Below are positions 23,768 to 36,844 of a stretch of DNA of 64,000 nt, piece by piece (positions within the stretch are counted from its first letter, which is position 1; each line of letters starts with the position of its first letter). The stretch is from Octopus vulgaris. Its lineage: Eukaryota. The stretch is from contig OX597814.1 in assembly GCA_951406725.2 (NCBI GenBank), positions 64,666,001 through 64,730,000 on the forward strand, written 5' to 3'. Below the pieces are notes generated by a model. The model saw nothing but the letters and a program-made list of their open reading frames with translations, had not been told where the DNA came from and made no database searches. A program made the position numbers and the translations under genes.

Positions 23768-24618
23768 ACACACAATCTCACACACACACACAATCTCACA
23801 CACAAACAAACACATACATGCGCGTGCACACACACTCACATGAACACATATTTCCCATTACTTCCTCATTGAGCCATACAGAAATACAATTGCAGTATTA
23901 CTGTTCGCTCAAATATGCTCACATAAGTACACTTATATAAAGACGAGTATACATGTATGCATTGCAAAACATCTATTGGTATCACGTGATAGTATAGACG
24001 CTTGAATTCCTCCGAGGAGACAAGATTGGTGTATATTTTTATCCTTTTGTTAATGTTTCATTTATATTTTATTTTATTTTATTTATTGGTTAGATATCTC
24101 TAAATGGAAGCAGAAGATGATGATCAAGGTATAGGAGGAATATGGGGTATAGGGGTGTATAAATGGGAGATGGTTGGTGTAGAGTATCTAGTTCGTGGCA
24201 GGGCTGCTGAATACCCAGATATCCGTCCAGATGTGTTTTATTACAATCTTGCCTGCGTGTTCAATGCTGGATCATGTACAATCAGTGACCTTGCATTTCA
24301 TGCACACGCACACGCACGTATTTACAAATATATATTTATATGCGTAGAGCGAGTGTGTATATATGCATATATATGTATTTATACGTACTCACTTAGACAC
24401 AATACACACTCGTAGGTAAAGTTATATAAATGTGTACGCACGTGTATGCCTCTGTGTGGGAATGTGTGTGTGTTTACGTGTGCTGATTCAATACACTACG
24501 CAAAAAACAAGCGTGCCAGGGAAAAGGATTTTTGTGAGTGACGCGTGTACCAGTTCAACAGGACACCTCACATGACCTCAACATTTTATCTTATTTGATG
24601 TTATCTAATTTTTGTTTA

Positions 24619-24666
<48 letters not shown>

Positions 24667-24682
24667 GAATGAATTCTTCTCT

Positions 24683-24733
<51 letters not shown>

Positions 24734-25721
24734 TGCTGTGCTCACTGAATCGTGAAAAATAAGGCCGTTACCAAACTTCCGGCTGAGGTGTCGGCTTGAG
24801 TCAGCTTATCTTTAACTGCATGACATTTCTTAACTTCAATTTTAAGTTTTTTTTCCACTTTATCTGTTCATGTATTAAGGAATTACTGTTTGTTGTTCTG
24901 TGTTGGATGTGCTGCTTCGCCTCGACTCGTAAATGTTTAGTTGTTTTTGTTGGAAATACTTTGTTTTAATTGAAACAGCATTAAACTAAGATAGCCCTCT
25001 ATGTATCGTACTTGATGTATATACATCGTTGAGAGGCCTGATGTTGTTGATTTTCGTTCGAGAGATAGAAAAAATATCTTCAAAGACGAACAGCGTTAGA
25101 AACTCAGTTTATATCGGAACGACACGAAAATCGCCCAGAGATCCACGATAATGCCATTTGAATTTTGGCCTTCTTGAATATTGTCAGTAACGTGTCCTCG
25201 TTGCCACAAGCCTAAGCAAAATTTTGTCCATTCCGATATATAGGAAATGATAAATAACACATTTACCGATATTGCAAACAACCGCCGAGCTGAATAAAAA
25301 CTCGTCGTGAGGAACTGAAGCACAAGATGTTATTCAGTATGGCGACATTTTAAAGTTCTATTTTAAAGAAAGTTGAAAGCTCATAGGCTTCCCAGTAAAT
25401 TTGTAAAAACATTTGGATGAATGTAGCATGGATAATAGCTAGGTCTGAAGGATCGTGAAAATGGATAGAAGAGATGTGTTTCCCCGTGGTGCCCATGACA
25501 GTCGGGTGACCCAGGTTATGTCGGAGCCTTTGGTTACACGCTGGCGGTACTCTCCGTTGGGTAATTTTTTGTTATACTTTACTTGTTAGTTGTTGTTGTT
25601 ATCATTGTTGTCGTTGTCTTTCATCGTTTCGGGATCGATAAATTAAATACTAGTGAAACACTGAGATCGATGTAATCGACCAGTCCCCTCCCCACAAATT
25701 CTAGTCCTTGTGCTAGAAAAG

Positions 25722-25789
<68 letters not shown>

Positions 25790-25842
25790 CATCATCATCA
25801 TCGTCGTCGTCATCGTCGTCATCATCATCATCATCATCATCA

Positions 25843-27460
25843 TATTGTCTTCGCACAGTTTCTAACGCTGGAGATGTACTACGGTGTCAGCTGTTCACTG
25901 ATAGTGAACTAAGGCAAATCCCCTTATTTTTCGAGCACCACCCAGAGTATTTAAGCGGTTCCAAACAGTGTGTTTTCTGCAAGTGCTCCACCCTTATTGC
26001 AGCCCCTATTTGTTTCATGTACTTCTCAAGATTTTTACTCACTGTTCTCAGGGCTCCGACAATTATTGATACTTCTACCACCTTTTTCATCGACCACAAC
26101 TGCTTAGCCTCCCAAGCTAACCTGTTATATATCAATTGATTTTTGTTTCTTCCTTATCGCATATCTTGTTAGCTGGGCATGATATATCGATGATCCAGCA
26201 TCGTTTTCTTTCTTTTTCAATTAACACTATGTCTGACTTCCTATTCTCTATCTCATGGTCGCACTGAATCATAAAATCCCAAAGGGTCTTTGCATTATCA
26301 TTTTCGATGATGCCTTCGTGTTTATGTTCGTACCAGCTTTTTGTTCTGTCAAGTCCATACTTGTTGCAATGTGTCCAATGGACAATCAGTGCTATATTGT
26401 CATGACGTCTTTTATATTCTTTTGAGGCTAGTGACCTACATTGACAGGTAATATGCCATATAGTTTCACCATTTTGTTCACAAATTCTTCACTTACCACT
26501 TTCTGATGTGTTGTCTACTCTGTATTTGATGTAATTTATTCTTAGTACTTGCTCTTGGGAAGCACATATTAGAGCCTCTGTTTTCGGTTCTAAATCACTT
26601 TTATCATCCGCAGCCATCTTTTTTCTCTGTCTTATCTTCAACATCCCATGTCCATGAATTGTCCATGCTTTCTTTTCTTTATCCACCTATTTTTCAGTTT
26701 CATTCATTCTCAAGTGCTTGTACAGTGCTTTGTCTTTGCAATCTTTCATTCTACGCAAGCCTGACCTTACTTCCAATAATAGTGGTTATGTGGCATTATT
26801 TTACATACCATGCTATGTTGTTTTCTTCTGCTCTAACGCTGTGTCCGCATCCAATCAGCCCTCTTCCCCCTCTTTTTCTTTGTACATCTGTCTATCTGTG
26901 TTACTTTTTGGATGGATTATCCCATACCTAGTTAGCAACTTCCTTGTCTTTCTGCCTAAGCTGTTTAGTTGGTTTACTGTCCATGCGATTACTCCTGCTC
27001 CATATCTAAGGAGTGAAACCACCCAGGTGACGATAGCTTCAATCTTATTCCGTCTGTTTAATTTCATAAGGATCAGTCTCAGTCTCTGCAAGTACTCCAC
27101 CTTAAAATTTTCTGTCATTTCTTTCTCCATCAATTTAACCATTTTCACTATCCTCAAGTACTTTTAGCCCGTCTCTTCTATCTGCTTCATAACCTCCCCG
27201 ACGGTATCGATAGCCCGTCCATACATTTGATTTCGCCTCCCTTCAAGACTACCACACTACACTTTCTCAATCCGAACTCCATTCTGATATCAGCACTGAA
27301 AGTATACACCGTATCAACGAGGGAACTGACTTGGGCTTCATCATTACCATAAAATTTGAGGTCATTTATGAATAACAAGTGGTTGACTTTCTGCTGGCGG
27401 CTTTTGAAAACGTCTCCAGCGTTTGCTTTCCTCAGAATCAGTGTTAGTGGTATCATGCAA
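25843..27460 (-). mobile_element. Dong/R4-like LINE, 5'-truncated 3' half, embedded in (TAA)n/(TCA)n
   Basis: VNHLLFINDLK, FGLRKCSV, TEALICASQEQVLR, IIVGALRTV..LQK; microsatellite on both sides. Confidence 0.85.
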
Positions 27461-27472
27461 GCTTATTATTAA

Positions 27473-27526
<54 letters not shown>

Positions 27527-27585
27527 CATTATTATTATTATTATTATTATCATCATCATCATCATCATCGTTACTATTGTTATTA

Positions 27586-27661
<76 letters not shown>

Positions 27662-28282
27662 TTTTACGGCATCCGCTTAATTTCTCTTGCCATAGCCACA
27701 TGGCAGGACCCTGTGTCGGTTATAGAAACTCTATCACTACAAACACTTTGTGGTCGAAGGCAAGTCGCGTGGCAATTTACGATGGGCTCGATCGACAGTC
27801 AGATTTGCTCCACATGTGATAAGTTGTTCGACAAACACCAGCAATGCTCGGACATCGAACAAATACATGTAGAACAATTTTGTGCTCTGTGCGCATCTGT
27901 GACAGGTCTGGCTGACTGCATTCTTTATCCTAAGAGTTTTTCAAAACTGGGAATGCCTCCTGATATCACAGCAAAACCAGGGATTTCTGGAAATTAACCA
28001 TAGTTCCCGGATCGAAAGTCCTGCAGAACAGATCTGCTAATTCGTTCTCATCGATACCAAGGAGAACGCCGTCGCTCTTCCACTGGACGTTATCTCCATC
28101 CCACTTTTTTGATCTGTAAAATACTTTATCAACTTTTTCAAGTTTCATCTGGAGAGGAAAGTGATGGCGGGCACAAAAATGTTGCCCTCCACCACAAATT
28201 TATTGAAAGTGGATGAGAGTGGCGTAAATAGTTTGAGTGAATAAAACTACCCTTAGCATTGCGCCTGGAGGCTGGAAACAAT

Positions 28283-28354
<72 letters not shown>

Positions 28355-28969
28355 GTATGCAAAACAGAAAAAGAAAAGTACTTGTGTTTAGTGTTCTCGG
28401 TGATCAGGACGTGTAAGTGACTGGAGTACCTTTATGAGTTTCGTCCTATTATTAAGGATTTCCGTTGTTTTTTTTTTATATCATTTATTCATTAGTGTTA
28501 TATTTTAGTCGATTTGTATGTAAGAATCTCTTGCATTATCACTTGTACGGACTCGAAGCTTGTGTTCTGTCCTTAGTAAGTTTGTGCTTTCGTAAACAAT
28601 AGAAAAAAGATCATTATCCTTATCAGTGTCGATTCATCACAATCATCGTCATCATCATCGCCCTCGTCGTCGTGGTCGCCGTCGTCGTCGTCATCATCAT
28701 CATCACCAATTGTTTTTGTTGCTACCAAACTACTACGTGCTAATTTAATCAGTAGAAATATTGAGGTTCAGTGACAATATGTCACCTCAAGTCTTAAGGA
28801 ATTTCCTTGAGACTTTTTGCAGAATACAAAAAGCCCCTTTGTGTAGGTTAACAATACACACTTTCATTCCAACACTCTTCAGTCTTACGCTCTTTGTTTA
28901 TTTTGTTCACGAAAATAATGTTTCGTTTTTTACTTTTTTCTCTTTGATTCAATAGTATAGTCGCACTTT

Positions 28970-30360
28970 ATGAGAATGCCCCACAAGACCCTGTAATTAT
29001 AATTCTCTGTCACAGCCACTTGGTTAGTCCGAAACCACATACTTCTGCACACTTTTGCCTTTTTATCTACGCAGATATATCTGCGCTTATAATTTTTTGT
29101 GCTAGCTTACTACATTTACTGAAGAAATGGTCGATGCCATTGTTTCTTTTCCTGCAGATTCTACAGCTATCTGGCTAAATTTTGTCAATAGTTGCTTTAT
29201 CAGATGTTTCATAGCGCCTTGTTCCTGAGTGGCCATAATTAATGTTCCAGTCTGTCGTCTCATGTTTCCGTCCGTCAGTCAGAGCCAGCGTTCTATACTT
29301 ACAACATCCTCAGTTTGTTACATGTATTGACCATGTAATTTCAATTCTTTCAGCCTAAATAATATTCCATTGTACTTTATCCTGTTCTTGAATTGTCCGA
29401 ATGTGGTGACAGCAAATCTTCTTAAATCTCAAATATTTTTCTTACGATCTTTACAGAATACAGAATAGCATTTTCGCGTAGGTGACAAAGCATAATTCAA
29501 TTCCAATATAATTCATCTTCTTCTGTAGAAGTTTGGGTGATAGGTGTGTGCTGTACTAAGTACTACAAGGACCACAGGAACAATTGTCACTTTTGTCTTT
29601 TACAATCACTTCATCTCTCTGGTTACGTCTTGATATTTCTCAATTTCTCAATATCATATGGTATTGCGAACCCTACGAACTTAAACTGTGTTTATTTGCC
29701 CTCTGCGATAATCTGGTCTTGTTGCTTCATTTATATGGTCAGTCTTTATAGCAATATCTCATAAAATCTTGTAATTATCATTTACCATCACAACCTCTGG
29801 CTCGTGTTCAAATCACCTTTCCTTCATTTTGAATCCACAAAAAATTGTTTTAGCAAATTCGTTGTAATGGATTATTCCTGAGCAGCTGTAATTAGCAATT
29901 CAGATTCTTGCTTCAGGTTTCTCCTTGTTAGCTGCCACCAGTGTTCCTTTCTAGCAGCATCGTTGGTTTTTTTTTTGCATGAACCGGCCATGTAATCTCT
30001 CCAACTATTTGTCATATCGTTCTTCATCCTGTTCGTGAATTCTCTTACTGCTATATTTTGAATATTTCTGGCCACACACAGTATGCTGTCTTTACTATGG
30101 TTGACATACTTTTTTCAAACCCAATATTAAAGTACTGATTATATCTTATGCTTAAGAAACTCCTACATCCTTGCTTTCTTAGTAAACTGAGCCGGTAAAT
30201 ATGTTATTTATTTCACCATGGCTTTCGCAAGCTCATCGGCAGTGCTGGATTATCTTAGTACACTAGCCAGAGTGATTAATGCCGTGACAGATAGGAATGG
30301 AGAGAGCAAGTCTCCTTGGAATATTCCCCAGTGTATTTTCATATTTCCTAATGGTTCACT
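28970..30360 (-). mobile_element. Scattered, heavily decayed Dong/R4-like LINE fragments
   Basis: ORF 29872-30075 LKQESELLITAAQE; CRIC..DH..C..LAQ-like piece near 29100-29200; GIFQGDLLSP-like piece near 30300-30330. Confidence 0.55.
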
Positions 30361-30668
30361 TCCGCATTTTCAGGATCTTATCAAGTTTTCTAAAAATAAT
30401 AAGTGTGTTTGTATAAAAGACTCGGTCCTTTGTTACTTTAATATAAAACTATGTATGAACTTATGCACTGAGTTCTATTTTTCCCAGTTGTACTATAAAA
30501 CGGAATTCTTCAAATATGCAATTCTTACCAGTGTATCGGATACGATTCAAATGAGAAGGGGAAATAAGAAGAAAGAAGTTTCATACAAAACGATATTGAA
30601 CAAATATACAACTTTAGTTTCCTTCACCTTTGGCCACAATATTTTGTACAAAAACACACATATACATA

Positions 30669-30699
<31 letters not shown>

Positions 30700-30894
30700 C
30701 ATACACATATATATATATATATATATATATAATAAATATTAGGGAATAAATCCAAATTTACAGGGAAAAAATCAGATTTAGGATTAAATCCAATTTTATA
30801 GTAAAATATTATATAATATTATTAGAGACAAAACCACTATTTTGCAAAACAAACAAGGAAAGACTTAATCAATACATAACATTTAAAAAAAAGT

Positions 30895-30980
30895 CAATGT
30901 AGGCACAACAATTTTTGTTTTATTTTTGCCTTTGTTTAAATTTTGATTTTTATAAAACTTTTTATATATATGTGTGTGTA

Positions 30981-31020
<40 letters not shown>

Positions 31021-31106
31021 TACACACACATATATATAAAAAGTTTTATAAAAATCAAAATTTAAACAAAGGCAAAAATAAAACAAAAATTGTTGTGCCT
31101 ACATTG
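30895..31106. repeat. Perfect palindrome, ~88-bp arms around a central (TA)n
   Basis: caatgtaggcacaac..tgtgtgtag(ta)n ctacacaca..gttgtgcctacattg; mirrored ORFs 30883-31086(-) and 30915-31355(+). Confidence 0.95.
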
Positions 31107-31216
31107 CATAGATATGTGTACACATACATATACGTACACTCTCCCCATCTCTCTCATTTTCTCTCCTTCTTTCTCATTCTGTCCCTCTTTCTCTCTCTTC
31201 CTTCCTCCTTATCGCC

Positions 31217-31254
<38 letters not shown>

Positions 31255-31800
31255 ATATATATATATATATTTCACAGACACACAAACACATACGCGTAAT
31301 TATTTCTATATACAGAGATAGAAAGCGAATCGGTGTGCCACATGCACAATCATGACTTATCTTCTTCGTATTAAAACAGGCAAGGTAGGCACACGCATGA
31401 CATGATAGCTACGTGTTATCAGACAGTTTGTTTTTTATGTATATATATATATATATTAGTAATTAAGCCGTTCATCTTTCAATTTAAGAATCATTACAAC
31501 TTGGCATACGTCTACACAGATTTGTGACTAATTGGGACACAAAGAAACGTACGAACGCGTGCGCATGCACAAGCACATACATAAACGTATACACACACGC
31601 GCACACACATTCACACAACAGTCAATATCTCAGATTAATCATGTGGCGATGCACATTTGGCAATTAGTGTTGCAAGAAAATGACGTGACATACCATAAAA
31701 CTTGAAAAATATATGCTATATTATATAGCACACAATGTTTCTTGAATACTTATCACAAAATCTACGTCCTTCTATGATTATTTCTTAATACTTATGTGTG

Positions 31801-31893
<93 letters not shown>

Positions 31894-31945
31894 TTATCTA
31901 TCTATCTATCTGTAAATATATATGTATATATATATATATATATAT

Positions 31946-32335
31946 GAGAATGTTTTGCGTAATGAGATAAAAAAACCAAGACTGTGTAGATATTAGAACA
32001 TTTATAGAGAGAAGACCTTACAACCGTTTCCAGGATATTTATTAACTCTATCCCTTCATCAGAGACGGTGTGAGAGGATGGTTAAGTAATAGTTAATTTA
32101 GATAGGATACAAAATAAAGAATGAGGTGGAGGAAAGAAAATAGATGTGAGATATGTAGGGATATTGAATTTTGGATGTAGATCCAAAAAATTCTTATATA
32201 CACACGCTGACATATGACCAACGTTGAACCCCTTACTCGCAAAATCACCGAACCTGGAACTTAACTATGGTCTATCTATAGCACTTATTCAGCATTACCT
32301 GATACCTTTGGGTCTCAATGACACCCATTACCTCT
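31946..32335 (-). mobile_element. PLE pLTR-derived fragment with hammerhead (32015-32066, minus) between (TA)n tracts; same family as 55921-56437
   Basis: Minus strand gtct-CTGATGA-agggata..tatcctg-GAAA-cggttg-TA-aggt; 32190-32335 is the reverse complement of 55925-56070. Confidence 0.75.
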
Positions 32336-32354
32336 TATATATATATATATATAT

Positions 32355-32755
32355 ATATCAACGACATATACTTAACGAATATGGAAAGTGTATTTGCTAG
32401 GAGGTTGCGTTTTGACGTGTTGTAGAAGAGTCTCTCAAAGTGCCAGGCGTTAAAACACTTGAAAGTCATAAACAGTTGAAAGTCATAGACACCTCTAATC
32501 CCATCTAGGAGTGTCTGACATTGATGTTTCGCCATTTGTGTGGCCTACCAAGATCAACATTTGAAATGCTACAAAAATAGCGAAACATACATCGATGTCG
32601 AATACTCTTAGATGGGATTAGAGGTGAATCATCTCGACTGTCCATGACTTTGAGGTGTTTCAACATTCTGCACTTTGAGAGTCTTCTCCACCACGTCATA
32701 ACGCAACTTAGCGGCAAATATACTATCAGCGTGTGTTAAGTATATGTGGTTGATA
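32355..32755. mobile_element. Diverged fold-back element with hammerhead remnants near the inversion centre
   Basis: Inverted arms (cacctctaatcccatcta / tagatgggattagaggtg and others); gcta caaaaa tagc-GAAA-..catcgatg-TC at 32568-32599, mirror gcca cacaaa tggc-GAAA-catcaatg-TC. Confidence 0.65.
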
Positions 32756-32794
32756 ATGTTTATTACACTAGCATCGCTTCCATTTCATATTTCA

Positions 32795-32834
<40 letters not shown>

Positions 32835-32837
<3 letters not shown>

Positions 32838-33628
32838 AAATTATAAATTAGGGTATCTACGAGATACCACCATGCTGAAAATAAAATAACGATTTTATCA
32901 AGTAGTCATCACTTGAGGAAATCAAGTGGACAATTAGGGTGGTTTTAAAGTCAGATCATGGCTGCTATTTTCAGCATGGTGGTATCTCGTAGATACCCTA
33001 ATTTATAATTTTAATAATTATTACCATTGAAGGTTATTTTTTCCATGCTGACCACTTGATAAAATCGTTATTTTATTTTTAAATTAACGATCTTACCCTT
33101 ATTTATATAAATTTAAATTTATTTCGTCACTGTATTTACTGCGGCGATATTTTGACCATATTTCACATGGAATTAAACGGCGGGCATTTTGAACTGGCCA
33201 TGATGCGTACGTGCATATACATATAGGTATACTTTCGTATATGTAAGTATTCGTATGTTGTATTTATATATATATATATGTACTTATGTTTCTCTTCTGT
33301 GTTTATTCTACTGACGAGGCAAAGCATTCCTAAATGCAAAGCAAGAAATCCGTGATCTAGAATTATCCAGTAATTTTTACTAGTTTCATCTTGTCTCTTT
33401 GTTTTCTCTCCGTGTTGATATATGTACAATTAAGGTGGTTTTAAAGTCATATCATGGCTGCTATTTTCAGCATGGAGATATCTCGTAGATACCCTAATTT
33501 ATAATTTTAATAATCATTTCCTTTGAAGGTTATTTTTTCCATGCTGACCACTTGATAAAATCGTTATTTTATCGTTAAAATCGTTTATTTATTTTTTTTT
33601 AAATTAACGATCTTATCCTTATTTATGT

Positions 33629-33633
<5 letters not shown>
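32835..33633 (+). mobile_element. ORF-less partial-tandem element (496-nt period) with inverted 5' piece and a type I hammerhead; retrozyme-like or non-autonomous PLE
   Basis: Direct repeats 32930-33113 and 33426-33633; 32836-32907 inverted; ends in (TA)n. Confidence 0.75.
33305..33363 (+). ncRNA. Type I hammerhead ribozyme
   Basis: attcta-CTGACGA-ggc aaa gcat tcctaa atgc aaa gcaa-GAAA-tc cgt ga-TC-tagaat; 6-bp stem I. Confidence 0.75.
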
Positions 33634-33726
<93 letters not shown>

Positions 33727-34416
33727 GTGAAGGAAGAAATGGAGCCGAACGAAGATTCTACAAAATTCCTTTTTATTATTTTCTACACATGTTTCAAAGG
33801 CTGCAAATTCCCAAATTCGGATTGAATAAGGAGACCATTCTGCAGCTTTCTCTTCAGGAAAATCCAGGAATTTAAAATCTCAAAACAAATGCGCAGCAAG
33901 CTTTTCGAACAAAACGCTCCCTAGGAGCCCATGGTAAAAATGGCACAAAACTGTCTCTCAATATGCGCTGACGTCAGAGTGGGTGAAGGCGCCTCACCCA
34001 CTCTGATGTTAGCGCATATTGAGAGACAGTTTTGTGCCATTTTTACCATGGGCTCCTAGGGAGCGTTTTGTTCGAAAAGCTTGCTGCGCATTTGTTTTGA
34101 GATTTTAAATTCCTGGATTTTCCTGAAGAGAAAGCTGCAGAATGGTCTCCTTATTCAATCCGAATTTGGGAATTTGCAGCCTTTGAAACATGTGTAGAAA
34201 ATAATAAAAAGGAATTTTGTAGAATCTTCGTTCGGCTCCATTTCTTCCCTTCACTAAATATATAAAACTTCAATTATCCGCGCTAAAGCACGGGAGCGAA
34301 ACCCCATGGTCGTAACCTCAACCGTGTCTTTTCTGGTGTGATTTTTGCTACACAGGTATCGGTTAAATTTTGAATAATCCGTAACAAGATAATTCATTTA
34401 TCCATTTCATTAAACA
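33727..34416. mobile_element. Near-perfect fold-back element (~260-bp arms, 33727-34254) plus unique 3' extension, between (TA)n tracts
   Basis: Arms mirror around ~33990 (gtcagagtgggtgaaggcgcctcacccactctga); hammerhead in each arm. Confidence 0.9.
34118..34201 (+). ncRNA. Type I hammerhead with extended stem II (mirror copy 33779-33862, minus)
   Basis: ttttc-CTGAAGA-gaaagctgca..tgcagccttt-GAAA-catgtg-TA-gaaaa; canonical core, GUA cleavage triplet. Confidence 0.85.
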
Positions 34417-35464
34417 TATATATATATATATATATGGGTACATGTATGTATAGCAGTAATGTGTGTGGGAAATTGGGTAAAAGTGTACATTTAATTCACA
34501 GATTATGGAAATATTCTCTGCTATGAGTTCTCATTAGGCAGGAATGCTCTTATATTTGCAGCTTTAACGCATGTTGAATGCACAGATTGAATCTGATGAA
34601 CCCTTTAAACTATTTAAGCTCATGTTCATTGACGTCTTAAATTAAACCTTATCGATGATTAAATTTCTATCCATTGAGACGTATCCATTTTGACATCCAG
34701 TACAAACCCTCTGGCTATTTATATCGATCCATTTGAGAACCTCTGATCTAATATTTATTTTCTGTTTTTTTTTCTTTCGTATATAATTGATAGCGTTTAA
34801 TCCCAGATCATTCATAAAAAGTAGACATGAACGTATATTCTATCAATGGTCTTCCATCTTTCTCTCTTTGTCGCTTATTCAGAAGCACAATGTCTAGCGT
34901 GAACTTTACACCGCGATAGATTAAGTTGTACACTTTGTACGAGATTTAACTTCTATTTATTGCAGATCGAATGACAATATGCAGGTTCACTCGCCGGTTC
35001 TTTCATGTGACGAAGTAAATAGTAGTTGCTGTATAGCTCGACACACCAGTAACCTTACTGTCTTATATATTTAGTGTCTTAGATATCCTTTGCTGTCACC
35101 ACATCACTACTACATGTCCTTTATCGAACAAAATTATCAACTGCTTTTCTGCTGTGACTATACTGCATGTTTTACAGGCTTTGCGTGTCCCAGACTATAT
35201 TAGCTATTTGTTACTTTTTAAAGAGGTAAGGTTTAATATGAATGAAATTTGGCTGCTATTTCCATATAGATTCTATGTCATCGCTTTGAGCTCTGTTCTT
35301 TGCTGGAAATTTCTCTTTGGCTAGAATTCATTACCCGGTATTTCTGTAGGTTGGTTATATGGTAAATTGATTCGGACGAAATGCGATCAATTCTGTATAT
35401 CTCCATGTATCTTTGAAGATTTGCACCCAAATATAATATTGTGGATTAAAACTTATTCTGTTAA

Positions 35465-35845
35465 TCTTTTATTTGTTTCAGTCATTTGACTGCAGCTATG
35501 CTAGAGAACTGCCTTAAAGAGTTTTTAGTCGAAGAAATCGACCCCAGGACTTATTTTTTGTAAGCCTAGTACTTATTCTACCGGTTTCTCTTGCCGAATT
35601 GCTAAGTTACGAGGACATAAACACACCAGCACCGGTTGTAAAACGACGGAAGGATATAAACGCAGACACACGCACGTATACAGCTGGCGTCTTTCAATTT
35701 CTGTCTACTAAGTCCACTCACAAAGCTTTGGTCAGCCGAGGTTGTAGCGGAAGACACTTGCTCAAGGTGCCAAGCCGTGGGAATGAACCCGGAGCTATGT
35801 GGTTGGAAAGCAAGCTTCTTACCACGCAGTCACGCCTGCGCCTGG
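35465..35845 (-). mobile_element. SINE family A
   Basis: Reverse complement of the family A consensus including the tRNA-like head. Confidence 0.85.
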
Positions 35846-36844
35846 GTATATCAAAATTATTTCTATTGTTCTGTGTATGTGGGTTCTTTATTTGGCATGT
35901 GTGGGTGAGAAAGTGGGACAGATTTCTTACAAACTAAGTCGTTCATTTTATATTGAGTGTTATTGGTCCTTTATCCTGAATTTTTATCACATCTCGCACT
36001 TTTATACTAACATTTGAGTGAAGTAATCAAGTATTAAGTGTCTTTGTTACGTAATTAATTTTCAATGGCTCCTATATAGAAGCAGAACTCCGAAGACAAG
36101 GTATGATAAAGTAAACCTTTGACTGGTAGACTACGGTTCGTCAGGAAGTGGAATCAGTTGCCATTGATATTTGTACATACATATATACATACATACATAC
36201 ATACATACATACATGCATACATACATACATGTCTCCTATACAGCCTCATGCATACATACATACATACATACATACGTATGTACGTATGTTAGTATGCATT
36301 TATGCATGCAGGCATACATGCATGTATGTATGAATGTGTGCATGTATGTATGTATGTGTGCATGTATGTATGTATGTATGTATGTATGTATGTATGTATG
36401 TATGTATGTATGTATGTATGTATGTATGTGTGCATGTATGTTTATTGGTATTGGTGTTCTTATCTATAATTTATATCCTTATCACGCAGCTTACCACACG
36501 TGGCTCAAAGGAAATTATGTAAATAGATGTACAGATTTCTTTCAGAAACAAAGGGTCTCAGAGTTTCATAAGATGGAAGATAAGAATATGCAAGGGTAAT
36601 GACGGTTTATCTAACTGCACATGCAGTAAAGCAACGTAAATGAAGGGAGATAAAACAGAGCCAAATTTGGACAGCAATTACCCTCACATAGAATTACGAT
36701 TAGAGAAAGAAGTAAACATATAAAGCTCACACGAAAATATATAATTCAATAAAATACTTAAGTATTCAAACTTACACACGAACCTATTAAAGTTTTTAGA
36801 GTCCAGAGTAAATAGAATTAGTCACTCATTTTTTATCTTTTTTC

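Noticed and set aside
25480-25562. GC-rich patch, possible HDV-like ribozyme or LINE 5' end
   Set aside because: Could not build the nested double pseudoknot by eye.
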